Virus record (IMG/VR): IMGVR_UViG_3300009609_000027
Coordinates: 1 to 53,978 of that record
DNA from: a virus
Taxonomy: Duplodnaviria > Caudoviricetes
Reading direction: 5' to 3' (one strand)
DNA length: 53,978 nt
Notes under the pieces: model-generated
Seen by the model: only the letters and a program-made list of their open reading frames with translations
Told to the model about the DNA's origin: nothing
Database searches by the model: none
Made by a program: the position numbers and the translations under genes
Shown here: piece by piece, positions 1 through 8,224 of the stretch
Layout of the letters: the number at the start of each line of letters is the position of its first letter
Position numbering within the stretch: position 1 is the stretch's first letter

Positions 1-20
1 ACCGGTCGTATAGTCGCAGC

Positions 21-848
21 ATGAGGGTGCCGGGAATCCCCTACATCCAGGGGCGCAACTACGCGACCAACCCCGCTGGGCGCCACTACGGCATAGCTGT
101 GCACTGCACGGCGAGCACCGCCACCGCGCGCCAGGAAGCCGACTACGCCACGCGGCGCACCGACGGCATCGGGTCGCACTTTTACGTCGACGGCGTCGAG
201 GCCATCCAGTCGGTCGACACCATCTACAAGGTGAACCACGCCGGGTCGGCCAACGGCAACAATAACGCCATCTGCCTCGAGCAGACCGGCCGCACCGACT
301 GGACGCGCGAGCACTGGCTCTCCGCGATCAACTGGGGCCAGATGTCCTACGCGCTCGCCGCGGTCATCAAGGCCGAGCTCGGCGGCTTCCAGGTGCGCCG
401 CGCCAGCATCGCCGAGATGAAGGCCAACCCGCGCGTAGCCGCCTTCTACTCCCACGACGACATGCGGCTGGCGTGGGGCGGCACGACGCACACCGACCCC
501 GGACCCAACTACCCGTGGGACAAGCTCTTCGACAGCGTCAATCAGGCGCTGGGTGGCAGCAGTGGAGGTGGCACGATGACGCGCGAGGAAGAGATCGCCC
601 TGATCTACCGCACCTACGGCATGTACTCCGACGTGCCCGTGGCGCCGGCCGGCACGATGCCCGACGATCAGCGCCCCAACCTGCTGCACGAGCGTCTGGT
701 GGCGTTACAGGTCAGCCTCGACCGGGTAGAGGAGAAGATCGACGCGCTGATCGAGTTGGGCGGCGGCGGACCCGGCGGCGTGGCGCCACACGGTCACAGT
801 GGGAGCGCGACCACCACGGTCAGCGTCGGAGATGTGATCACGCCGTAG
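21..848 (+). CDS. Endolysin, N-acetylmuramoyl-L-alanine amidase (Amidase_2-like)
   Basis: Zn-amidase motifs VHCTA, SHFYVD, NHAG, SHDD, HTDPG. First gene of a membrane-protein/holin cluster. TATAGT (9-14) lies 6 nt before the ATG, suggesting a leaderless transcript. Confidence 0.88.
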   Translation: MRVPGIPYIQGRNYATNPAGRHYGIAVHCTASTATARQEADYATRRTDGIGSHFYVDGVEAIQSVDTIYKVNHAGSANGNNNAICLEQTGRTDWTREHWLSAINWGQMSYALAAVIKAELGGFQVRRASIAEMKANPRVAAFYSHDDMRLAWGGTTHTDPGPNYPWDKLFDSVNQALGGSSGGGTMTREEEIALIYRTYGMYSDVPVAPAGTMPDDQRPNLLHERLVALQVSLDRVEEKIDALIELGGGGPGGVAPHGHSGSATTTVSVGDVITP

Positions 849-857
849 CATGATCGT

Positions 858-1136
858 GTGGGGTGGGCTCAGGTACTGATCAGCAGCGGCGCACTCGCCG
901 CCCTGCTCGGCGCCATGCTCGCCCTGGTCCGTATCGCCATCGCTGCCGAACGACGCCGCGCCGACGACTGGCGCGAGACCGCGCGAACCCGCGGAGAGGC
1001 CAACGCAGTGCTGAGTGCCAACAACGAAAAGCTGATCGGCTCGATCGAGCAGGTCTCGGCCTCCAATCGCGAGATCATGGCCACCCTGCAACGCGTACTC
1101 GCCACGCTCGAGGCGACCGGCCGGGGCGCGGCCTGA
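858..1136 (+). CDS. Lysis-cassette membrane protein (N-terminal TM plus coiled coil)
   Basis: Hydrophobic N-terminus, directly after the lysin, TGATG-coupled to the next gene. Confidence 0.6.
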   Translation: MGWAQVLISSGALAALLGAMLALVRIAIAAERRRADDWRETARTRGEANAVLSANNEKLIGSIEQVSASNREIMATLQRVLATLEATGRGAA

Positions 1137-1360
1137 TGTGGGAGCGACTTATGGACTGGTGGCAGGCGCGTCACAGCGTCAGCAACGGTGAGGCCGCCAG
1201 GGTGGCGCGCGTCGAGGCCGTCGACGAACTCATCGAAGCGCACGAGCGCACGCACAAGGTCGACGCGACGGTGCGTCACGCACGAGCGGTCAGCGACCGC
1301 GCCGAGCGCTTCGCCATGGAAGCCGAACGGGCGCTGCATCTACGAGGGGGTGCGACGTGA
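1136..1360 (+). CDS. Hypothetical protein in the lysis cassette
   Basis: ATG 1136 overlaps the previous stop (MWERLMDWW...); GTGA overlap with the next gene. Confidence 0.6.
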   Translation: MWERLMDWWQARHSVSNGEAARVARVEAVDELIEAHERTHKVDATVRHARAVSDRAERFAMEAERALHLRGGAT

Positions 1361-1662
1361 GCGCCGGTCAACGACTGACCGTCGAAGTGCTGCTGCTCGT
1401 CTCGATAGGACTGGCGCTGCTCTTCGCGCTGGGAGTGGGTTGGCCGCGACGTACGCGCTACGCCGCGATGGCATGGCTCTGGGTCGCTCTCGCGCTGGTC
1501 GCCGCGGCGCTGGACGTACTGCTCATGTTGATCGTGCTGCGGGTGGCCTTCCCGGTCTGGCTGCTCGTCATCGTCCTGTTCGCGCAGAACGGCGTGTGGG
1601 CCTGGCGCCTCGTTGCGCTCTATCGCATCAGGCGCGATGATCAGACACATGATCTGGAGTAG
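1357..1662 (+). CDS. Membrane protein with about 3 TM helices, holin-like
   Basis: Three hydrophobic stretches; position in the lysis cassette. Confidence 0.6.
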   Translation: MSAGQRLTVEVLLLVSIGLALLFALGVGWPRRTRYAAMAWLWVALALVAAALDVLLMLIVLRVAFPVWLLVIVLFAQNGVWAWRLVALYRIRRDDQTHDLE

Positions 1663-1885
1663 GCAGTTCTGGAAGGCCACCGCCGAGCGTGCCCTCTCCA
1701 CGGGAGCGCAGGCGGCGCTGCTCGCCTGGGGTGGCGGGACGCTGCCTGACGTGTCGCTGCCGTGGTGGACCGTGCCGGCCGCGTTCGCCGGCGGCGTAGC
1801 GCTGGGCGTACTCAAGGCACTGGCCGCGGGGGCGGCGACCGGCGACGGGCCGTCGCTGACCAACGCCGAGCGCCTCGATGGCTGA
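1649..1885 (+). CDS. Holin, r1t-like
   Basis: MIWSRQFWKATAERALSTGAQA matches the FWKxxxERAxxTxAQ signature of r1t-type holins; 2 TM segments. Confidence 0.8.
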   Translation: MIWSRQFWKATAERALSTGAQAALLAWGGGTLPDVSLPWWTVPAAFAGGVALGVLKALAAGAATGDGPSLTNAERLDG

Positions 1886-2042
1886 GCCGATGCCACGCCT
1901 CACACTGGCCGAGATGCTTGACGCTGTCCGCCGGACAGCCATCGACCAGCAGGACCCCGACGCCCTGCGCCAGATCGTGAAAGCGGTAACGCCCCGCGAC
2001 GTGGTGACGGTCGACGTGGCCAGGTTCAACTCCTCGATCTGA
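1878..2042 (+). CDS. Small hypothetical protein (54 aa)
   Basis: Read manually (MAEPMPRLTL...NSSI); overlaps the holin stop and ends before the terminator. Confidence 0.5.
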   Translation: MAEPMPRLTLAEMLDAVRRTAIDQQDPDALRQIVKAVTPRDVVTVDVARFNSSI

Positions 2043-2056
2043 GCACAGACACAGAA

Positions 2057-2098
2057 AAGCCCCAACACCTCGCCTGCTAGAACGAGGTGTTGGGGCTT
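2057..2098. terminator. Probable bidirectional intrinsic terminator
   Basis: Perfect 16-bp stem AAGCCCCAACACCTCG / CGAGGTGTTGGGGCTT with a 10-nt loop, between convergent genes. Confidence 0.75.
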
Positions 2099-2145
2099 CC
2101 TAGTTTGCATCCCGCAGCGTCTAGCAGGACCGCTGCCGGTCCCTG

Positions 2146-2802
2146 CTAGCGCTCGCTCGCTGCCATCATCTCTGTGGCCTCAAGTCGCATCGCGGGGACG
2201 AGGTCAGTACGCTCGCGCTTCGATGCGCGGTCGCGGTAGGTCTTGGACCACTTGGCCTTCGCCGCACGGTTCATGTCGTCGTAGCCGGCCCGCTTCCTGG
2301 CCTGCTCCTCAGCTTTGGTGATCTTGCTGTTCACCTTGACTGCGACCGCCGGGGCATTCGCTGCCATGACCACACTCGCGATGCGACCAAGCTCGATGAG
2401 TGAGATCGTGGCGACGACCATCATGCCGTCGATGATCAGGGGGTAGATGAACTGCGCGCCGCCCGTCTCGCCGAGCAACTCGCAGACGCCAACCATGTGC
2501 CAGTAGCTCACCCAGCCGGAGAAGCCGGCAATGACGAGCGTGATGACCAACCGGAACCCACCCAGCACCTTGCTGTGGACCGGGATTCGCGTGACCATCT
2601 CCGTCGAGACGAAGAGGACAAGCGGCGCGAGGGCCGCGAGACCCGCGCTTGCCCAGACCTGCCACTGCACGAGATGTGCCAGATCGGGGCGGGTGAGCGA
2701 GTGGATCACGTTTGCCGTGATCGACGTTGCGATGCCGAACCCAAGCGCGACGCGAACGCCGCGGGTAAGACTCCGCACCTGCTCGTTGGTGAAGTCGTAC
2801 AT
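2146..2802 (-). CDS. DUF2637-like (SpdA-like) multi-pass membrane protein
   Basis: Start ATG 2802 with GGGAGG SD; about 4 TM segments; VSYxH...PLxIDG pattern; basic C-terminus. Confidence 0.6.
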   Translation of the reverse strand: MYDFTNEQVRSLTRGVRVALGFGIATSITANVIHSLTRPDLAHLVQWQVWASAGLAALAPLVLFVSTEMVTRIPVHSKVLGGFRLVITLVIAGFSGWVSYWHMVGVCELLGETGGAQFIYPLIIDGMMVVATISLIELGRIASVVMAANAPAVAVKVNSKITKAEEQARKRAGYDDMNRAAKAKWSKTYRDRASKRERTDLVPAMRLEATEMMAASER

Positions 2803-3564
2803 GATGCCTCCCAGCATCTCGATCCGGCGACCACTTCGCCGGGCCTCGACGCCCGCGCCGGTACTGCCCCGGCGGCACATGATCGAGCAGGGAGGAAACT
2901 TAGGTGCCGGGATACGCTCCCGGCCGGCGATGGCATGGTTCGGCGCCTTGTCCCTACACCGCGATTCGGCGATGGTCCCTAGACACATTTCTCGGCGTGC
3001 CGTCCTTCGCCCGATTACCCCCGGCGTCGGGGCGCTGATTGAGGCTCAGCGGCTAAGCCTTGTCGAGCGCCGCCCCTTGAGGGCTGGCTGACCGGCCGGG
3101 TCCGGTTCGCGCTCTGGTCTTCGATTTGGTAGCTACTTCGCTCGGCGCTTGCGGGCCTTTCCGAATCCCTCGCGGGGCGGTTGAGCGGTTCACCTGTCGT
3201 TCTGCCTCAAGTGTAGCACACGTGATAGCACGCACGCTAGTCGCTGAGCGGAGAGTCTGCGCAGGTCAGCGCATCGTGGCTCACGTTTGCGCAGGTCAGT
3301 GGCGGTCAAGAGGACAAAGCGGACGACTTTTTGGCCTACGTCGCTATGCCCTAGTTCGTCATGGTCAAATGGGACACTCGATTATAACGATTTGGCATAG
3401 GAGAATCGTGCATAAGTAACGAACTAGGACACGCGGCGTAATGCCCGAATTGCGCACGTGCTCTGAATCAGGTCAAACTAGGACACCGTTTTGCGTTGTC
3501 GCAGGTCAGAGAGTTGGCGCACCTAACATCGGGGCAATATGGACACTGAGCGTGAGTAGGTTGC

Positions 3565-3600
3565 GTGACAGCGCGCGTGAGCGCTGCTATGATGGCACGC
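3565..3600 (+). promoter_or_regulatory. Sigma70-type promoter, leaderless
   Basis: GTGACA-N17-TATGAT-N7-ATG(3601). Confidence 0.65.
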
Positions 3601-3885
3601 ATGACACAAACACTCGGCTCGCTGATGGAAGACCTGGACGCGTTCGACCTGACCGGCCTGGGCGCGCTGCACGAGATGCTGCTCAGGACGCTGGAGCAGC
3701 TACGCCCGGTGCTGCACGAGAAGATGTGCGAAGCGCGCGCGGCCGGCACGACATACCAGGAGCTGGTGCGCCTGTCCGGCTACACCAGCATCACGGCGGT
3801 GCGTCAGATCGTCACGCCTGGCGTGCGCGAGCAGGCGCGCCAGGGCGAGCGTGACCGACGCGCTCAGCGGGTGCGTTGGGGCTAG
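3601..3885 (+). CDS. Small HTH-like DNA-binding protein
   Basis: ARAAGTTYQELVRLSGYTSITAVRQI resembles an HTH; lone rightward gene with its own promoter. Confidence 0.55.
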   Translation: MTQTLGSLMEDLDAFDLTGLGALHEMLLRTLEQLRPVLHEKMCEARAAGTTYQELVRLSGYTSITAVRQIVTPGVREQARQGERDRRAQRVRWG

Positions 3886-4172
3886 CCCTTGGCCTTCGCG
3901 TCGTAGGCGGCGAGCGCGTCGGGCTCGACCAGATTGCGCAGGCGGTCGATCTCGCGGTTGGCGTCATAGAGTTCTTCGTTCAGGCCCTCGATCGCGGACT
4001 CTTTGGCTTCCTCAGCCTCGCGCACCGCGTCTTCGATAAGTTGATCCACGTCGTGCGCAGGCACCGGGTCGCCGAACTCCCAGCGCTCGCTGAAGCGCAA
4101 CGTCTCAGCGCCGCGCCGATGGCGCACGTTGAGCTGCTCCAGGTTCTCCGCGATCGACAGGCGAAGACTCAT
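3882..4172 (-). CDS. Hypothetical protein (coiled coil)
   Basis: ATGA-coupled chain of leftward genes; GC3-rich codons. Confidence 0.6.
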   Translation of the reverse strand: MSLRLSIAENLEQLNVRHRRGAETLRFSERWEFGDPVPAHDVDQLIEDAVREAEEAKESAIEGLNEELYDANREIDRLRNLVEPDALAAYDAKAKG

Positions 4173-4498
4173 CGCGCCATCCTCCAAGGTCGTGTCGCGA
4201 CGTGCATGATCTCGACGAACTGGCGATGCTCCTGCTCGCGACGCGCGCCCAACTCGCTCAGGCGCGCCATGGCCTGCGCCACCGTGGCGTCGACAAGGCT
4301 AGGCGTCGGTGTGGCAGGGATGGCGTCGAGCGGCACGCCGAGCTGGCCGGCCAGGAAGGTCTCGCGTACCGCTAGCAGCTCCGCGCGACCCTCGAGCTCG
4401 CCGGCGCGACCGGCCAGGACCAGCGACCAGAACCAGCCGCCCACGACCGCGGCGGCGACGTGCGATACGACCAGGATGGCCAGCGACGTGGCGCTCAT
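4169..4498 (-). CDS. Hypothetical membrane protein
   Basis: Start MSATSLAILVV at 4498; N-terminal TM; ATGA overlaps on both sides. Confidence 0.55.
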   Translation of the reverse strand: MSATSLAILVVSHVAAAVVGGWFWSLVLAGRAGELEGRAELLAVRETFLAGQLGVPLDAIPATPTPSLVDATVAQAMARLSELGARREQEHRQFVEIMHVATRPWRMAR

Positions 4499-4674
4499 AG
4501 CGACCTGTCCGACTTCAGCCCGACGCCGACCAGGAGGATGACGCAACTCGTCGCCGCGATCTTGACGGCGAGCCAACTCGGCGTCAGCCAGATCACAACC
4601 AGCGACGCGACGAAGGTCTGGCCGATGCACCGTGCGGCGATCGTGGCCCTGACGCGCTTGCTCACGGCGCTCAT
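4495..4674 (-). CDS. Small membrane protein (59 aa)
   Basis: Read manually (MSAVSKRVRA...DRSL); two hydrophobic segments; fills the gap with ATGA overlaps. Confidence 0.5.
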   Translation of the reverse strand: MSAVSKRVRATIAARCIGQTFVASLVVIWLTPSWLAVKIAATSCVILLVGVGLKSDRSL

Positions 4675-4949
4675 GACGACAGCTTCAAGATCTGTTCAAC
4701 GATGACGCCGATCACGAGCAGACCGCCGAGCACGACGACCGCGCCGAAGAACGAGAACAGCGACTCGTGCCACGACACCTCCGCGTCGCCAAGGAGTTCG
4801 CACGCGTGATCGGCGTGGGCCTGGACGTTGTTGCCCTCGTCGAGGCCGGACACCGTGAAGCCGCAGGCGCAGGTGATTGTCGGCATAGGGGCGCCCGCCG
4901 CCCGCTCGGTCGCCAACTGGTCCTCGTAACTGATCTCGTCGTCGCTCAC
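4671..4949 (-). CDS. Hypothetical protein with CxC...HxxH motif and C-terminal TM
   Basis: GAAAGGA SD before the GTG; TCACG and HADH motifs. Confidence 0.6.
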   Translation of the reverse strand: MSDDEISYEDQLATERAAGAPMPTITCACGFTVSGLDEGNNVQAHADHACELLGDAEVSWHESLFSFFGAVVVLGGLLVIGVIVEQILKLSS

Positions 4950-4976
4950 GGTCGATTCCTTTCGATCAAGCCCAAG

Positions 4977-5015
4977 GCCGGGGCGTGCGGCTCTGTCTGC
5001 TCAACACGCCCCGGC
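4977..5015 (-). terminator. Hairpin (terminator or RNA-stability element)
   Basis: 11-bp stem GCCGGGGCGTG / CACGCCCCGGC just after the 5023-5736 gene. Confidence 0.5.
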
Positions 5016-5022
5016 GGGATCT

Positions 5023-5736
5023 TTACTGGCCGATGCTCGCCAGCACCTGCGCGCGCTGAGCGTCGGTCAGCGACGCCCAGGCTGCCGGCTGCCAACCGAC
5101 CGGCGGGGGCGGCGTAGCTGGCTGCTGCGTCGCCAGCCACTGCTGATACGCGTCGACCTGCGGCGCTGGTGTTGCGGGGGGCGCGGCCTGGGGTGGTGGG
5201 GCGTACTGGACGACGCCCTGCGCTGGCGCCTGGGGGACGCCGGCGATCGGCTGGGGCTCGTTGTAGCGCAGTGCGCCCAACTGGATCTGCGACCAGATGC
5301 CGATGGCCTTCGCCTCGTCCGGCGTGCCCGACACCGCCATGGCCAACCACGGGCGGTTGCCCTGCGTGCCGCGCTGTACGCGACACAGCACGAACTGGCC
5401 GACCAGCGCCTGACGACCCGGCGCAAGCGCGTTGACGATCTGGCTGGAGTTGATCCAGCACGCCGGGAACTTGGCCGGCCCGACGATGGTGTGCGTGTGT
5501 GGCGCGCCCTCGTCGTTGCCGCCGATGGCGATGGGCGCACCGTTGGCCGTCTCGAGCAGGTACACGTCTGCCGTGACGCGGTCCGCGGCCGGCCCGTTCT
5601 TGTAGCCCGGCTGGTCGAGGTCGATGCGCAACGGGGCGTAGGCGACCAGGCAGCCTTCCAGGTCCTTGGTCCGCGGTGCCGGCCCGCCGCTGCCCGGCGG
5701 GATCGGGTTGGTGAATGGACTGACGCTCTGAGTCAT
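5023..5736 (-). CDS. Hypothetical protein, possibly ssDNA-binding
   Basis: GGAGAG SD; beta-rich core and Pro/Gln/Ala-rich tail; own promoter. Function inferred from architecture and context only. Confidence 0.5.
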   Translation of the reverse strand: MTQSVSPFTNPIPPGSGGPAPRTKDLEGCLVAYAPLRIDLDQPGYKNGPAADRVTADVYLLETANGAPIAIGGNDEGAPHTHTIVGPAKFPACWINSSQIVNALAPGRQALVGQFVLCRVQRGTQGNRPWLAMAVSGTPDEAKAIGIWSQIQLGALRYNEPQPIAGVPQAPAQGVVQYAPPPQAAPPATPAPQVDAYQQWLATQQPATPPPPVGWQPAAWASLTDAQRAQVLASIGQ

Positions 5737-5750
5737 CGCTGACGCTCTCC

Positions 5751-5808
5751 CTAGTGACGTGTCATGTAGTTGCGTTCGACGCTAGACCCTGACCTAGTGA
5801 CGTGTCAA
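5751..5808 (-). promoter_or_regulatory. Promoter with two copies of the phage operator motif
   Basis: TTGACACGTCACTAG (5808-5794) gives TTGACA-N18-TAGCGT; a second copy ATGACACGTCACTAG (5765-5751) sits just before the SD. Confidence 0.8.
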
Positions 5809-6111
5809 GGTAACGAAGAGGTCGAGCGCCTCGAGCAGTGGGCGAACCTCAGAGTTCAGCGTGTAGAACGTGTTGACGCGACGCTTCTCTCTGGTCACCA
5901 GCCCGGCGTGCGCCAGTCTGCCCAGGTGGTGTGACACCGTCGGCTGGGACAGCTCGCCAAGATTCTGCGCGTGGTCGATGGTCTCGGTCTGCGAATGCTC
6001 CTGGCCGTCCAGGAACAGAGACAGGATGTGCAGGCGCCTCGGGTGGGACAGCGTTCCAGCGAGTTCCGCGGTCGCGTAGTAATCGACAGTCTTACCGTTT
6101 CGTTTAGTCAT
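5794..6111 (-). CDS. ArsR/SmtB-family winged-HTH regulator
   Basis: LSHPRRLHIL...LSQPTVSHHLGRLAHAGLV...FYTL; upstream GTGACC-N18-TACCGT-N6-ATG. Confidence 0.88.
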   Translation of the reverse strand: MTKRNGKTVDYYATAELAGTLSHPRRLHILSLFLDGQEHSQTETIDHAQNLGELSQPTVSHHLGRLAHAGLVTREKRRVNTFYTLNSEVRPLLEALDLFVTLTRH

Positions 6112-6132
6112 ATCTGCACGGTATCACATGCG

Positions 6133-6219
6133 TCAGTCACGGGTCACCAGCCATGCGAGGAGAGCGACCAGAAACCCACCGACACAGATCGCGGTACCGA
6201 TGACAAGGACCTCAGCCAC
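6133..6219 (-). CDS. Putative 28-aa single-TM peptide
   Basis: MAEVLVIGTAICVGGFLVALLAWLVTRD with a purine-rich SD; read manually. Confidence 0.35.
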   Translation of the reverse strand: MAEVLVIGTAICVGGFLVALLAWLVTRD

Positions 6220-6286
6220 CTCTCGCCTCTTTCTTCGATTGAGGACCCCCGACCCCGCCTTCAATACGGGGCCGGGGTCGGTCCAA

Positions 6287-6457
6287 TCAGCGCGCCGGAA
6301 TCCCTAGGCTCGCGTGGTACTTGTCACGCCAGCGCTCAGCCGCTTCGCGCCATTCGGCAGACTGCTTACTCCAGTCCCCGCCGCTGACGTTCGCGATGAT
6401 TCCCCAGGCGATCTCGTTGAGGTCGCCGATTCCCTTGGCGTTCTGCTCGTCGTCCAT
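6287..6457 (-). CDS. Hypothetical protein (56 aa)
   Basis: AGGAG SD before ATG 6457 (MDDEQNAK...). Confidence 0.6.
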   Translation of the reverse strand: MDDEQNAKGIGDLNEIAWGIIANVSGGDWSKQSAEWREAAERWRDKYHASLGIPAR

Positions 6458-6467
6458 TTTCGTTCTC

Positions 6468-7229
6468 CTAACAACCGAGGTTGAGCCCGAAGGCCCGTGC
6501 TGTCTGTGCCGTGTTGCCGCCGCCGCTCGCTTCGAAGTGCAGGTGAGGGCCCTGGGCGTTGCCGGTCGCGCCGACCTGACCGATGACCGAGCCCGGTGCG
6601 ACGTTGGTGCCGACCCGCGCGCCCTGGACGCGCAGGTGCATGTACGTCGAGGTGTAGCGGCCGTGATCGACGACGACATACCAGCCGGCCGAACCGGAGT
6701 AGCGCGAGACGGTGACCTGACCGCCGCCCACAGATCGGACCGCCGTACCAGATCGCGCCGAGAGGTCGATGCCCCTGTGGGTGTGGCCGGAACGCGCCGC
6801 GCCGGGGCAGGCGCCCGGACCTGAAGCCCTCACGCCGGAGGCCAGCGGATGCACCCAACCCGACGAGCGCGCCACACCGGTGTGGCGCGCTCGTCGGGTT
6901 GGGCGTACGGTCACCGCCGTGGCACCGGCCCTGCGAGTGCAGTCGATGTCGTAGGTACGTCCACGCAGCACCAGGTAGCCGGACGATGCCGTGATGCCGT
7001 TCGCGGCGGCCTGGGCCTGCCAAGTGGAGGCGTTGCCACAGGTGCGCACGGTCATCTCGATGACGCCGTGGCCGTTCTTCGGCACGACCGGCTTGGCGTT
7101 GGCCGGCGCGGCGAAGGTGGCGAGCATGGCGAGCGTTGCGACGACGATCGTCGCCAACCGGAGCTGGCGCTGTCTTGAGTGCCGCTCGGTCTGCGTGATG
7201 CGCGATATGCCGTGTCGGATCAGGTTCAT
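6468..7229 (-). CDS. Secreted M23-family metallopeptidase with LysM-like N-terminal region
   Basis: Signal peptide ending APANA; M23 motifs HRGID, YMHL, GPHLHFE; GAAAGGA SD. Confidence 0.88.
   Translation of the reverse strand: MNLIRHGISRITQTERHSRQRQLRLATIVVATLAMLATFAAPANAKPVVPKNGHGVIEMTVRTCGNASTWQAQAAANGITASSGYLVLRGRTYDIDCTRRAGATAVTVRPTRRARHTGVARSSGWVHPLASGVRASGPGACPGAARSGHTHRGIDLSARSGTAVRSVGGGQVTVSRYSGSAGWYVVVDHGRYTSTYMHLRVQGARVGTNVAPGSVIGQVGATGNAQGPHLHFEASGGGNTAQTARAFGLNLGC
6854..6903. repeat. Perfect 50-bp palindrome without spacer
   Basis: CCCAACCCGACGAGCGCGCCACACC|GGTGTGGCGCGCTCGTCGGGTTGGG, checked base by base. Confidence 0.95.
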
Positions 7230-7257
7230 TGCGGGTAGTTCCTTTCCTCAGCCACCC

Positions 7258-7734
7258 CTAGATGAGGTGGAAGCATCGCACCGTCGCGGCGGCCGGACCG
7301 CCGATGACCACACTCGCGTCCGATGAGCCGGCGTCAGTGACAGGCAGCGGTGCGCCGTCGGCGAGCGCGCGACAGTGGATCGACTCGCCGTCACTGCCGA
7401 ACAGCACCGCGGTCATGGACGCGCTGACCAGCCCAGGGCCGAGCACCACGTCGCCCGTCCAGGGCGTGTCGCGGTCGAAGATCGACGGGCCGGGCATCGG
7501 GCCGAGCGTGGGGTCGACATAGTTGCCCGGCGCGCCGTCGACCTGCGTCGTGAGCATGGTGATCTGCACTTTGCGCGAGGTAGGCAGGCCGTCGGCCGCG
7601 AAGGTCTCGACGATGAAGGTCACGTCGACGAAGTCAGGCGCTTCGCTCTTGGTCTGCTGGCCGGCACACCCGATCAACGTGCAGACGATGATGCCGACAG
7701 TCCAGGTAGCGATCAGCCGTAACGCGGGCCTCAC
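7258..7734 (-). CDS. Putative lipoprotein
   Basis: GTG 7734 overlaps the previous stop; MRPALRLIATWTVGIIVCTLIGC ends in a lipobox-like LIGC. Confidence 0.6.
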   Translation of the reverse strand: MRPALRLIATWTVGIIVCTLIGCAGQQTKSEAPDFVDVTFIVETFAADGLPTSRKVQITMLTTQVDGAPGNYVDPTLGPMPGPSIFDRDTPWTGDVVLGPGLVSASMTAVLFGSDGESIHCRALADGAPLPVTDAGSSDASVVIGGPAAATVRCFHLI

Positions 7735-7958
7735 TGGTCGGCCTCGCGAGCTTCGAGGTAGTCGGCGAAGCGTGGCGCGTGGTGATAGTCCGGCCACGAG
7801 CGGTCCCAGTTCGCCTTATCCGCCATGCCGTCGGCGCACCACTGGTCGTACGCTTCGCGGTCGCGCAGGGCGCTGGCCGCCCGCAAGTACCCGGCTCGTT
7901 CAGCCGCCTTTAACGCGCTGCGCACGATCTCGTTGAGCAGTTCTCCGTTAATCGTCAT
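7731..7958 (-). CDS. Hypothetical protein
   Basis: ATGA-coupled start at 7958 (MTINGELL...). Confidence 0.55.
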   Translation of the reverse strand: MTINGELLNEIVRSALKAAERAGYLRAASALRDREAYDQWCADGMADKANWDRSWPDYHHAPRFADYLEAREADQ

Positions 7959-8224
7959 GACGAGACCTCGGCCAACTCTTCGACCACGACGCGTACGCCC
8001 GGCGCGATCTCGGCATTGCCACGAGCGACCTTGACGGCGATGTGCGGGGGGATGCCGGCGGCGACCAGGCGGCCCATCGTCCGAGCGACCTGGATCTCGT
8101 CCTCGGGGAATTCGCGTGCCACGCCCTGGCCGGGGGATGGGTTGAGCGGGCGCAGATAACCCTTGCTCACCCACCAGTCCAACTGTCGATAGGTCACGCC
8201 GACGATTTCGACGTCGCCCTTCAC
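7955..8224 (-). CDS. MerR-like HTH DNA-binding protein
   Basis: VGVTYRQLDWWVSKGYLRP...G.G..REF is a MerR-type winged HTH pattern. Confidence 0.75.
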   Translation of the reverse strand: MKGDVEIVGVTYRQLDWWVSKGYLRPLNPSPGQGVAREFPEDEIQVARTMGRLVAAGIPPHIAVKVARGNAEIAPGVRVVVEELAEVSS

